Positions 28,528 to 38,335 of a stretch of 64,000 nt of DNA are shown in pieces. The position numbers and the translations under genes are program-made. The notes below the pieces were generated by a model. It made no database searches. It worked only from the letters and a program-made list of their open reading frames with translations, and was not told the origin of the DNA. The DNA is from Nitrosopumilales archaeon (lineage in GTDB: Archaea; Thermoproteota; Nitrososphaeria; Nitrososphaerales; Nitrososphaeraceae), in the NCBI GenBank assembly GCA_044507735.1, contig JBIQJB010000003.1, positions 1 through 64,000 of the forward strand, written 5' to 3'. Positions within the stretch are counted from its first letter, which is position 1. The number at the start of each line of letters is the position of its first letter.

Positions 28528-28968
28528 TTACAACTTGTCCGCTTTCAGTAGTTCCAGAGACTGCCCGATAGAATCTTTTACCTCGGCCAGAATCTCCATT
28601 ACAGCCGCTTCGCCGTTGTCTTTCCCCTTTTGCTCAAGCTCAGTGTTATAATATTTCATCCAAGAGTATGTGTGCTGCAGGTTTTCAAACAGCTCAAATG
28701 GGAGGACCATTTGCTTGCCGCTCAGGATAATGGAGTCCCACATGTCGGTGAAGAATGGCTTGAAATCCTTGTGCTGCATAGAGTCGTCTATGAAGCGGAT
28801 TTTTTTCCTGAGGTCGCTGGCAACAAACTCAATAGTCCGTCTGGCATCTTCCTTCTCTTTAAGATGCGATTTTCTTTTTGCGACCCAGCTCTCTACAAAT
28901 ATTGCGCTGTAGATGATTGTTCCAAGCAGTGTCATTTCGATAATCAAGACATCCCATTCTATTGGCAT
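28528..28968 (-). CDS. Hypothetical protein with one N-terminal TM helix
   Basis: MPIEWDVLIIEMTLLGTIIYSAIFVE followed by a helical domain; AT-rich box about 27 nt upstream. Confidence 0.7.
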   Translation of the reverse strand: MPIEWDVLIIEMTLLGTIIYSAIFVESWVAKRKSHLKEKEDARRTIEFVASDLRKKIRFIDDSMQHKDFKPFFTDMWDSIILSGKQMVLPFELFENLQHTYSWMKYYNTELEQKGKDNGEAAVMEILAEVKDSIGQSLELLKADKL

Positions 28969-29452
28969 TTCATCAAGGAATTGAATTGAATATGTTATTA
29001 TGTTTTGATAGAATACATCTTCTAATGCGATGCGGCCTTGGACGCTTTGTACGGACATGGCGTCGAGCATTCCTGGATGGAAGATCCAAGCAGGTAGTAT
29101 GGCATGAGCAGTAGAAAGCTCACGTACATTCAGAGACGTAGCAAACGCATGACACACTCTCAAAATGACGGGATTTTGATCTGTACTGCTCTGCGGCAAG
29201 AGTAGTCAAGAAACAGAGCCGATTCTGGCCAAGGAGCGGGTGACAGCGGATTGCATTTGGATTGGGGGCGGGAGCAGAAGATAGAGAGTGGACAGCGTGG
29301 AATTGTTCGAAATGGTATATGCAGGGCGCGATGACGACAATAACAACAGCACCTACAACGTTTCACTCAGGACATTGTCGCGCTGCAAACAGTTGCAGCA
29401 GTAGCCGGAACAAAGGATTATGAATTGGCTGCTGTTCCTGCTCTCTTCCTTT

Positions 29453-31681
29453 TCATCTGTACAAAGGGTCTGTGATATCATAGCCAAATGGCCGGGTGAC
29501 CGAATTGCACGTCTCCGCAAGCAGTTCAATGTATCTTCTTGAATCATAGGTAGTCTTTTCATCGATTAGTTCGACGGGCACGGCCCTCTTTCTAGAGTTC
29601 TTGCGGTAGTAGTCAGTTATCACATACTGTAGAACCTGTCCTGCACGCATCGCTTCGCCTTCATCGTGCAGCTGGTACATGGCATTTGTCTCCACCGTGT
29701 TGACAGCGTAAGCATCCGAATCTTTCGACAACATCTTGGTAAATACAAGATCCGCCAATGGAACCCTGCCTTCCTTCAACATCTGCCGGTATCTCTGAAA
29801 GATGTCGTTCACTCTGGGCATCAACGCCTTCACCTCCATGACACTGTTTCCCTCGGCCATGATGCCAAGTATTTCCCTCTGAAAGCGCGAGAACAGGGGC
29901 GGAGTGTCGTGCCTTCTTGTTTCAATCCCGCGGTCCTTTATCGTTCCATCTTCATAGCATCCAAAATATCTCTGTGGAACGCCTACCATCGAGTTGCCCT
30001 TGGCCGGCAGGAACGCTATCCATTTGTACTCGCCTTCGTAAGAGATCTCAAACTCCGTCGTCTGTTCGATCGCTTCTTTCAGATCCATATAATCGCCGTG
30101 TGTGGCGTCTTTCTTCTTGACAAACAATGAATCGATTATCAAATGTAGAACGTCACATCCCATGCCTTCTGCAGTTCTGCGCGCCTTGTTGGCTATATGA
30201 CGTGCCCATGCACATATCGAGATATGACCATCGATTAGTCCAAAGTGCGAATGCGCATGCCCCTGATATCCGAAGGAAACATGACCTATCGTTCTAAGAA
30301 TTCCCTGTCGGGAATCAAAAATAGCCCAGCTTTTGTCATCTGTTGCCAACTTTCTTAACTGCTTGTACTCCCTTCTATTTTGCAAAGGAATTCCAAGAGA
30401 TTGGGGCACCAACCCTCGCCTTTTTTCACAGACTCGATATCCAAGCTCCGGTACAATATTCTTGGAGTCAGGGCAGCAGTCGCAGTTGATTGTGTCGGCG
30501 CCGATGTTGAGGTTGTGGATTATTGAGGGGTAGAGTGACACGAAATCAAATTCTGCCACCCTCTCATGGACTCCCACTCTCGGCTCAAGGATAAGGCCGC
30601 CGCGGTCTGCTACCACCAGCTCTTTGAAAGTCTTGATCTTCTCCAGGTGAGCCGGCTGCCAGGGCACGAGCAGATTTCGTTTGTGCGCCAGATAGAACTG
30701 CATGCTCGTCAGCGCGCGGCCGATAGTTGATCTTGAGACCGTATGGAAAGGTAACCGGCACACCCTCGCCAGCTCGTAGAGGCCTTGAAGCGAAGAAGGA
30801 CCGTGGATGAGGCTGTTGCTCGAATCGATATGGATCCTTCCATGGAGCGGGACACTGGCAGCCCTGTAATGGACGCGGCCGTAGGAGAAGTAGGTTATTC
30901 CTTTCTTAGTAGGGAGAGAAGCCGGTATGGGCTCCCTGCCTAGCACAAGCTGAACCCCGTTGCTAGCTGCGCGCCAGATCAAATATGGAAACGCCCATTC
31001 GTCTCCGTCGCTTGTGAAGACAAAGTCGGGATCGATAGTTGCGACTTGTTTCGCCAGCTCATGGATTGTATCTTCCTCGGACTCTTTCTGAATCTCCACT
31101 ATTTCGTTCTCCAGCTTTAGCATTATCTTTCCTATCCTGTCATGGAATGAAGGCAGCCTGCCCTGCTGCCGTGGTGCTACATCAAGTTCCACGACTCTGA
31201 ATTCGGGCAGAGAATAGCGAGTGGACCTGACGTTATCGTCAACCTGCCAGTCCAGACTGCTACCCCTGCAAGATACCCTGCACTTTGCTAGCGGGAAGAG
31301 GTCGTGCTCGTAGAAGTAGCCTTGCGCGGGAAGAACGTCTACGTTGTAGAGCCTGAACCTGTCATGGACATCGATGTCCGCCATCGTGTTGGCCAGCGCA
31401 GCGACCTTTCTCGAATCGGCTAAAGTCAGTTCTAGCACAATTCTTTGCTCGAGGTCTCCGATCCTTTCAAACCTTGGAACAAAATCGTAGCGCTTGATAT
31501 AGTGCTGGACCGCGTTATTCTTCACCAAGATATCCAGATCTGCTCTGCTGTCTGAGCCCACATAGATCGAGGAGGTCCAGCTGTCCTCCAGTCGGACTGT
31601 TTTGCCGTTTTCGTCCTTGACCCAGAGAACCATCCTGTCGTTTGAGGGATAAGCATCGAACAGCCATCCTGAGATTATCAA
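29453..31681 (-). CDS. polB2: Family B DNA polymerase, PolB2 group (degenerate motifs)
   Basis: DRGGLILEP, DFVSLYPSII, SFGYQG, IIDSLF, RGIETRRHDTP; adjacent arCOG07300-like genes. Confidence 0.88.
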   Translation of the reverse strand: MIISGWLFDAYPSNDRMVLWVKDENGKTVRLEDSWTSSIYVGSDSRADLDILVKNNAVQHYIKRYDFVPRFERIGDLEQRIVLELTLADSRKVAALANTMADIDVHDRFRLYNVDVLPAQGYFYEHDLFPLAKCRVSCRGSSLDWQVDDNVRSTRYSLPEFRVVELDVAPRQQGRLPSFHDRIGKIMLKLENEIVEIQKESEEDTIHELAKQVATIDPDFVFTSDGDEWAFPYLIWRAASNGVQLVLGREPIPASLPTKKGITYFSYGRVHYRAASVPLHGRIHIDSSNSLIHGPSSLQGLYELARVCRLPFHTVSRSTIGRALTSMQFYLAHKRNLLVPWQPAHLEKIKTFKELVVADRGGLILEPRVGVHERVAEFDFVSLYPSIIHNLNIGADTINCDCCPDSKNIVPELGYRVCEKRRGLVPQSLGIPLQNRREYKQLRKLATDDKSWAIFDSRQGILRTIGHVSFGYQGHAHSHFGLIDGHISICAWARHIANKARRTAEGMGCDVLHLIIDSLFVKKKDATHGDYMDLKEAIEQTTEFEISYEGEYKWIAFLPAKGNSMVGVPQRYFGCYEDGTIKDRGIETRRHDTPPLFSRFQREILGIMAEGNSVMEVKALMPRVNDIFQRYRQMLKEGRVPLADLVFTKMLSKDSDAYAVNTVETNAMYQLHDEGEAMRAGQVLQYVITDYYRKNSRKRAVPVELIDEKTTYDSRRYIELLAETCNSVTRPFGYDITDPLYR

Positions 31682-31941
31682 TCCTTCTTCCCTTCGGCTT
31701 TCAGCTTCTCCATGGCCTGCTTCAGTTCCTTGATCATGAGGTGCTGTTTGAAAAGAATGGTCATTATCACGGCTTCTTCCGGGAACGGTTCCCCTCTGGC
31801 GTTTATCGCTTCCGCATACCTGTAACAGAGCCTTAGCATTTCTTCAAATTCTTTTCTGTCCTGACCGCGCAGCATGTCTGCATACCCTTCGTACGACTTG
31901 ATTATCTGCGTCAGAACATCATCGCTTGGGTTCAGCGACAT
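31678..31941 (-). CDS. PolB2-associated small helical protein (arCOG07300-like paralog)
   Basis: YADMLRGQDRKEFEEML...P.P.EAVIMTILFKQH; its stop overlaps the polB2 start. Confidence 0.75.
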   Translation of the reverse strand: MSLNPSDDVLTQIIKSYEGYADMLRGQDRKEFEEMLRLCYRYAEAINARGEPFPEEAVIMTILFKQHLMIKELKQAMEKLKAEGKKD

Positions 31942-32203
31942 ACAATGTCTCCACCACCACCAGTCCAAGATCTTTAGACATTTGCGACAGTTCCTTGTAG
32001 TGATGCAAGGCGATGCTCATAAAGATCGGAAAGATCCTAACGATCTTTGTAGCTCCAGAGCATGCAGACAGGTACAGCCGGGGAATCGCAAACATGTCGT
32101 CAAAATCTTTCCTTTCGCTCTTGTCCAGATGATTGCGATATTCCTTCCATTCAGATTCTTCTTCAGCTAGGGCTAATCTGAAACTTGGAACTGTCCTTCC
32201 CAT
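31919..32203 (-). CDS. PolB2 partner protein (arCOG07300-like)
   Basis: MGRTVPSFR start; L...ERK.FD.MF and FMSI.L.HYK motifs. Confidence 0.82.
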   Translation of the reverse strand: MGRTVPSFRLALAEEESEWKEYRNHLDKSERKDFDDMFAIPRLYLSACSGATKIVRIFPIFMSIALHHYKELSQMSKDLGLVVVETLYVAEPKR

Positions 32204-32214
32204 GATCCCACCGG

Positions 32215-32382
32215 CTAAACCGTTGAAATCAGGCGCAGTTGTATCGGTGCTCTTTCAACTTTCCAGTGACACGAGTAGCAGAAGCCGCATTTCAAGCAAA
32301 CATGCGGAGTCCGTTTGCCGCAATCCTTGCAAACCTGGTGATGTGGGATAGTTTGAGCTAGGAAGTCATGTCCCCGTCGCAT
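32215..32382 (-). CDS. 55-aa Cys-rich microprotein, first gene of the polB2 operon (not in the ORF track)
   Basis: MRRGHDFLAQTIPHHQVCKDCGKRTPHVCLKCGFCYSCHWKVERAPIQLRLISTV; TTTATC about 25 nt upstream. Confidence 0.75.
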   Translation of the reverse strand: MRRGHDFLAQTIPHHQVCKDCGKRTPHVCLKCGFCYSCHWKVERAPIQLRLISTV

Positions 32383-32494
32383 AGTGGAGGCAAGAACTAG
32401 GAGTTAGATAAATCACATAGCACCCGGAGGGGAGGGAGGGGGTCTACAGAGGACCCTTTGATTTATTAATTACCATGTTTAAACATGTCAGACC

Positions 32495-33356
32495 ATGCAG
32501 GTCAGCCAGTATCTTTGCATCAGAGGCGGCTCTGTACTGAAGGAGACTTCAGAATACATCGAGATTCACTCACTGAGGGAAGAATGCCCGAGATGTGGCT
32601 CGTTGCTGGCAGAGAGTTTGCAGAGGAGGCAAGTCCAGCCTGCAGTAAAGTGGACTCCCAGAGATCCAGACCGCCGATACATTGCGGAAATTAAGATTCG
32701 ATATCTCCACGATCGACTCGTTCATCGGCCTTGGACGCGCGGATCTGTGTTGCATCACCGGTCACTATGCAAACCTTATTCTGACAAGGCTGTGGGTCAG
32801 GTCCTTGTTGCCCGAAAGACACGGCGGTCTGAATTCACCTTACACCATGGTGGCAGACGTCGGCAACCGCTCTGATGTGTACAGGGCGATCAATTTCGCA
32901 AGGCAGTATGGCATGAACAAAGAAGACGTCGGAGGAAGGATACTGGTCATACGAGCGTTTACAGTTCCACAGGTCACGCAGCTGCTGTCCATTGAACTTC
33001 CAAAGATCATCAGGAAATATCATGTCAGAAGTGTCTTCGTTCCAGGCCTGCTGAACGCGTTTGACGAGGCCCCAAACATGAGAGTGAAAGAAATGAAGAA
33101 AGAAATCGGGAGGATAATGAGAGCAGTGAAGCAGATATCGGCTAAAGTGTTGGTTGTAACCTCCACTCAGGAAAGCAAGTATGCAGAATGGATCCTGCCA
33201 GAATTCAAAAAACGCACTAGTCTGGGACAGGAAAAGCACTGAAGGATGACAGCAAAGCTGTACAATCAGGGCAGCGTGAAATCTGTCAGCCTGACAGAAA
33301 GGGAATTGAAAATCGTCGCAAAAACAGAAGACACAGTCACGCGCTCCAGAGGCTGA
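32495..33356 (+). pseudogene. Zn-ribbon plus inactivated RadA/RecA-like gene, disrupted
   Basis: CPRCG N-terminus, frame change near 32660-32690 into a RecA-like part (D.GN.SDVY, ILVIRAFT..Q), internal TGA at 33240. Confidence 0.65.
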
Positions 33357-33696
33357 TCGTCTATTGAATGGCAACGTAGCTGCCGCGCAAGGCCAGCATT
33401 ACAATGTGCTGGAATCAGCCCTTTCAAGGCTGTCAAATGACCCGACATGCATTACATTAGATTCACCAAACGTCCGATTCTTTCCGGAGAAGATAATAAT
33501 ATGCCAGTACTGGAATCAGGGGCAGCCCATAACCACATATGCATCTTCTTTCTATCCCCTCTAGAGCCCTCTTTGGCAATCTCACGGGATCATCTGTGCC
33601 GGCATATAACTTGCTCTAACAGTAATATCAGATATAGCGAAGAGTTGCCCGACTCACGACGCAAGACTATAGAGGTCGTAACCAATAGGACCGATG

Positions 33697-34176
33697 CTAG
33701 TGGACGAGAATCACAGGACAGGGCGAGTCCTCTGAAACTTTTCTGGCGACGCTTCCGATTGTCGCTATCTTGGCAATCCCCTGCAGCCCGGTTGTCCCCA
33801 TGACTACAAGATCGACCTTCTGATCTCGGATAAACTCCGTTATCTTGTCAGAGGGATATCCCACCAATAGTTTGGTCTCCATCGTAACCTTCTGCTTTGC
33901 ATACTTTTTCCTCTTCTGTTCAAGCATGTTGGACGCATCCTTTCTCATCTCGTAGTACAGTTCCTTCTCAAGTGTAGCTGCCGTGAGTCTCTCTCCCGTA
34001 GTCTTGGAATACCCATATTCAGTCATGACGGGAGGGATGACAATAACAGGCAATACGTGAAGAAGTATAATCTTGGCGCCAGATGCATTTGCAATCGGCA
34101 CTGCACGCTCTAATGCGCGGTCTGATGCACCGGATCCATCATGCGGAACCAGGATCTTTTTGTATGCCGTCGTCAT
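33697..34176 (-). CDS. Universal stress protein
   Basis: YKKILVPHDGS, DLVVMGTTG, IGSVARKV....CPVILVH. Confidence 0.93.
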   Translation of the reverse strand: MTTAYKKILVPHDGSGASDRALERAVPIANASGAKIILLHVLPVIVIPPVMTEYGYSKTTGERLTAATLEKELYYEMRKDASNMLEQKRKKYAKQKVTMETKLLVGYPSDKITEFIRDQKVDLVVMGTTGLQGIAKIATIGSVARKVSEDSPCPVILVH

Positions 34177-34216
34177 GATTCTTGTAACACACACTCCTAT
34201 TATTATTAATGTCTCC

Positions 34217-34675
34217 CTAGTGCACCAGCATTACGGGGCACGGAGCAATTTCAGACACTTTTCTTGCCACGCTTCCAAGTGCCCTGAGTTTGCCGGATTT
34301 CAAACTCCTGCTACCCATGATAATGATGTCGCATTTTGACTCCTTGGCCGCTGCGACAATTTCCTTGGCAGGAGATCCCACGCGGACCGCTATCTTGGAT
34401 TTTATCCCTTCCTCTTTTATCTTGGCCGCTGTCTTGTCCAGCATTGCCTTTGCTCCTTCCTCCAGCATGCCTCTCAGTTCGGCCTTTGCGTCTTTAAGCG
34501 ATCTCTTGCTACCGATAAAAGAGAGCAGGATGCTCGGAGGTGCATAGCGCTCATCTACAACATATACCAGCAAAAGTTCAGAGGCAAACATCTTGGCAAA
34601 CTTGATCGATTCATCTACGGCCTTCTCAGACATCTCGGAGCCGTCATGGGGAACGAGGATTGTCGAATACTTCAA
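34217..34675 (-). CDS. Universal stress protein (close paralog of 22398-22853)
   Basis: ILVPHDGSEMS, GSPAKEI, IIMGSR, LGSVARKV. Confidence 0.93.
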   Translation of the reverse strand: MKYSTILVPHDGSEMSEKAVDESIKFAKMFASELLLVYVVDERYAPPSILLSFIGSKRSLKDAKAELRGMLEEGAKAMLDKTAAKIKEEGIKSKIAVRVGSPAKEIVAAAKESKCDIIIMGSRSLKSGKLRALGSVARKVSEIAPCPVMLVH

Positions 34676-34726
34676 TGTCCGGATAGCAATGCAGGATCTG
34701 TTTAATTAATATTGTCACAGGTTCGT

Positions 34727-34749
34727 GCAAGAATTGCAGCCATTCTTGC
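34727..34749. promoter_or_regulatory. 8-bp inverted repeat between divergent promoters
   Basis: GCAAGAAT-TGCAGCC-ATTCTTGC. Confidence 0.45.
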
Positions 34750-34786
34750 TGGTCTCCCGTACAGTTATTTACTTCAGGCATCAAGT

Positions 34787-36136
34787 GTGGGTCAGAGCTT
34801 GGCGCGCCCAAAAGCAGAAGAGAATAGGGAGCAGTGGCACTCTAATCTCGGTTTCATTTTTGCTGCCATAGGCTCGGCCGTAGGAATAGGCAACATCTGG
34901 CGGTTCCCATACATCGTCGGCACGAACGGAGGCGGAGCCTTCCTTGTGACCTATGTGATCGTTATTTTCAGCTTTGGGCTTGCCTTCATGGTACTAGAGA
35001 TAGCCATTGGAAGGTATTACCAGACATCCATTCTTTCGGCATTTGAAAGGATCAGGCGGCGGTTCAAATGGATAGGCGTTATCATGATTGGAATCACGTT
35101 TGCAATCCTCAGCTATTATCTGGTCATTCTCGGCTGGGTAATCTCGTACTTTGTAGCATGGACCGCCACAGGCGCAGTGCCATCATTTGAGGAGTACACA
35201 GGGTCCATCTATCCCATAATCGCGTTCTTTGCTATGTTGGCAGTCAACTTCGGGATAATCAGTCTCGGAGTGCATAGAGGGATTGAAAATTTGAGTAAAG
35301 TAGGAGTCATACTCCTCCTATTGCTCATGATTCCGCTCACGGCCATCGGGCTTTACATGGACGGTTCTGAAAAGGGCCTGGAATTCTACCTAAGCCCGGA
35401 TTTTTCCAGGCTTTCAGACCCAGAAGTGTGGTCTATAGCCTTTGGGCAGGCATTCTTTTCGCTCTCTGTAGGGATGGGAGTGCTGCTGGTATACGGAAGT
35501 TACCTCCGAGAGACGCATTCCATAATCAAGGCCTCCATTATCATAATAGTCGCAGATCTGGCTGTCGCCTTTCTGGCAGGGCTCATGATATTTTCATTCG
35601 TATTTTCTTACGGCCTAGCGCCAGACCAGGGGGCGTCGCTTGTGTTCCGCGTAATGCCCACGATCTTTACTGACATACCGGGCTTTGGAGTTGTACTTGG
35701 AAGCCTGTTCTTTTTGCTGGTTCTGCTTGCCGGCCTGACATCGTCGATTTCAATGTTTGAGGTCCCCGTGTCTGCCCTCGAGGATACTTTTCGAGTCAGC
35801 AGAATCAAGGCAGCCGCCATTGTTTCCATACTACTGTCAGGCGCTGGGATTTTGCCGGCACTAAGCTACAGCGGCCTCGCGTCAGAGATTGGCAACATAC
35901 CATTCTTTGACCTGTACGACCTGCTCTTTGGGACATACGGAATAACAATCTCTGGAGCGATATTTTCAATCGTTGCAACATGGTTCATGGATAGAACAAA
36001 ACTATTAGAACAGGTCAACTTGAAAAGCCCGTTCAAGGTGCCTCCTTGGGTGTTGACGATCGTAAAGTTCACCATGCCGCTCCTCATAATGTTGACCATG
36101 GCGACGCAGATCGCAGGGCTCTTTTCTGGAGAATAG
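34787..36136 (+). CDS. Sodium-dependent transporter, NSS/SNF family (start GTG 34787 or TTG 34799)
   Basis: REQW, GSAVGIGNIWRFPY...NGGGAF, QAFFSLSVG, AGLTSSIS. Confidence 0.93.
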   Translation: MGQSLARPKAEENREQWHSNLGFIFAAIGSAVGIGNIWRFPYIVGTNGGGAFLVTYVIVIFSFGLAFMVLEIAIGRYYQTSILSAFERIRRRFKWIGVIMIGITFAILSYYLVILGWVISYFVAWTATGAVPSFEEYTGSIYPIIAFFAMLAVNFGIISLGVHRGIENLSKVGVILLLLLMIPLTAIGLYMDGSEKGLEFYLSPDFSRLSDPEVWSIAFGQAFFSLSVGMGVLLVYGSYLRETHSIIKASIIIIVADLAVAFLAGLMIFSFVFSYGLAPDQGASLVFRVMPTIFTDIPGFGVVLGSLFFLLVLLAGLTSSISMFEVPVSALEDTFRVSRIKAAAIVSILLSGAGILPALSYSGLASEIGNIPFFDLYDLLFGTYGITISGAIFSIVATWFMDRTKLLEQVNLKSPFKVPPWVLTIVKFTMPLLIMLTMATQIAGLFSGE

Positions 36137-36365
36137 AATTGCAAGCCAGGCCGTGATTGTCGCCATAGGATAGTCTTTCAAGCAACAGAGCAGGCTTGAG
36201 CAAACATACTAGACAGTATGTCTATCTGATAGTCAGCAAATCAACATCAACTTGGTGGTCGTGGGAATTGGCTGAGCAGATATCAGCGGCCGCCAATTAC
36301 AGAGACGTTGCTCACGGCACAGGGTCCATAGAATGTTCGGCCGATAAAATTAGCGATTATTCGTA

Positions 36366-37142
36366 TTATATCTTGCACTCCAAACTTTCTGTTATGTCTT
36401 GCCTATCGACATAATTTGCGTTCAACGCTGCAATTTCGCAGATGCCAATGTCGCCGCCTATCTTATCATTGTGAATTACAATTCTTGGATACATTATGCT
36501 GTCTAACTTTGTGGAGTGGCCAAGACCAAGTGCGTGGCCAAGCTCATGAATCAATACAGGGACCAGAATCTTTTCTTCGTAAAGAGAATCGGTGTCATAG
36601 ACAACAATTGAAACGTGATCAAGTGATTTGTCAGGCAATACAGTCACGGTTGCGAGGGCAAACGGCCTGCCTCCGTTGATGCCCTCAGCCGCTTGTTGAC
36701 TGGCAAAAGAGACAACTATGTCTGTGTCACTGTCGGTATCGCCGCTGTCGTTTGGGATTACAAGACGTGTCGAGGAGCTGCCTGAGTTGTTTAGCATTGT
36801 ATCAAACACAATGTTCCAACCCGTGAGGTTGTAGCCCGTAATAGGGCCGTTGATTGCCTGGCGTGCTATTGCCCGGGTTTCTGAATCATACTTTAGATTG
36901 TCAAAGTGAAATGAAACTGTAACAATCTCCTTTTTCCATATGCCGTTGATGCGTATTTCATCTATCTTTTGTTCCTGGCCTGAACCGACTACTTTGCCGA
37001 TTGTGGAATTGACCATGTACTCTCTGATCTCGAATGTTTGAGGATTCCCCGAATTGGTTAGAAATGTGTTCGCAAAAGTCAGAGCTAGTCCGGAGGCTCC
37101 TAAAATTGCCACTATGGCACACATTGTCATATTTGCGCGCAA
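36366..37142 (-). CDS. Secreted matrixin-family (metzincin) metalloprotease
   Basis: HELGHALGLGHS zinc motif and SIMYP Met-turn; signal anchor. Confidence 0.88.
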   Translation of the reverse strand: MRANMTMCAIVAILGASGLALTFANTFLTNSGNPQTFEIREYMVNSTIGKVVGSGQEQKIDEIRINGIWKKEIVTVSFHFDNLKYDSETRAIARQAINGPITGYNLTGWNIVFDTMLNNSGSSSTRLVIPNDSGDTDSDTDIVVSFASQQAAEGINGGRPFALATVTVLPDKSLDHVSIVVYDTDSLYEEKILVPVLIHELGHALGLGHSTKLDSIMYPRIVIHNDKIGGDIGICEIAALNANYVDRQDITESLECKI

Positions 37143-37708
37143 TAGCCATGGTTATGGCTGATTACTGGCTAATAAGGTTTAGCTCTCTGTTTTTAGATAT
37201 CGTATGTAAATATTACTTAAAATTAGAATTATGTCACAATAGCCGGTATCGGGATTGCCTGCGTATGCTGGCGTTTCTTTGCATGCGTACGTAACACTTA
37301 CGCACTATCGGAAAGTGCCAGATCCTCGGGTGCTCGGTCCGAGGTTTGGACTTTAAGGTTGCAATGCAACTTTGCTCGCAATTTCCTTGACGAGGTCACA
37401 AAAATTGTGCCCGAGGCTTACGACATCAATTAGCATCTTTGCGGATCGAGTCTTTGTGGTAATATCTTCAGAAGTGCAGTAACACTCGTATTCATCTAGA
37501 GTTCTGCTCTGATCTCAGGAGTTATTTGTGCCCGCTTCATCGCTGGGCCCAACTGCTTCGATTCTAGAGTCAGAACTCAATTCGGAGTTTTGCTTCGAAA
37601 GATAGGGTTCCAAAATGACGCTGCATCACGAGAGTTCTTGCCGCTTCGCGGCTGCTAGAGTCTCTTTCAAGTTCTGTCGAATGGTCGGGATTTGTCGAAA
37701 TGCAGTTT

Positions 37709-38335
37709 TCAAATTGACTCATCTGCAAAACGGTGCTTGAAGAACTCCTGATGACCTGTACTTCTCTTATGTTCTTCAACATCATCTACAAAGACAAATG
37801 AAGCTGCGCATTTAGTGCAAATATGAAACGTGTCTATCACGTTTCGGAGGTCTTTTGCATTCTGTTGTATTTCTTTTATCTTTATTTCAGCGGCAGGTAG
37901 AGCTCTGAACCATAAAGTGTCAAACACATATTGCTGCTGTTCTATGATTTCCCTAACATTGCTATAGATTAGCTGCTGCACTGGCTGAGCTCTTTTCAGA
38001 TTAGCAGTAGCGACATATTCTTTTTCACTCACTCCAAAATTTCCTCTTACTCTGTCCATATGCCGAAGATCGCTGAACTTGAGCAATCTCTTACAATAGT
38101 CTAGGTTCGAGTCTGTGATTTCGGTTATGACTTTAGTCTTGACACCCCTATCTTTGGCATCATGAAGTACCTTGTTAAATTCTGGAACTTCAATCACTAC
38201 AGAAGGCCATGTCTGATCAACACTGATTTGTAGCTCCTTTTTTGTTTTAGATACAAAGTTAACAAGCACCGGGGTTATCAGCTCCGTGCCATGCAATACC
38301 TCAGTGAATTCTGGCTCTAGCCCGTTTGCTTCCAT
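37709..38335 (-). CDS. TrmB/PLD-like sensor-type domain with a C-terminal C2H2 zinc finger
   Basis: RGVKTKVITEIT..N...CK.L...LRH....GNF...QQQYVFDTLW, then CTKC...H....H. Confidence 0.7.
   Translation of the reverse strand: MEANGLEPEFTEVLHGTELITPVLVNFVSKTKKELQISVDQTWPSVVIEVPEFNKVLHDAKDRGVKTKVITEITDSNLDYCKRLLKFSDLRHMDRVRGNFGVSEKEYVATANLKRAQPVQQLIYSNVREIIEQQQYVFDTLWFRALPAAEIKIKEIQQNAKDLRNVIDTFHICTKCAASFVFVDDVEEHKRSTGHQEFFKHRFADESI

Noticed and set aside
32426-32456. G-run and GGGTC-N7-GACCC repeat between the polB2 operon and the RadA-like gene
   Set aside because: Single occurrence with only three tracts of three or more G; too weak to call a G-quadruplex or operator
37360-37369. TGCAA TGCAA as another regulon site
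   Set aside because: Only two units and no matching gene start at the expected distance
37544-37552. TGGGCCCAA matches the 3' end of tRNA-Ile (47002-47010), a possible att site
   Set aside because: Only 9 bp, which is plausible by chance in 64 kb; no integrase is present
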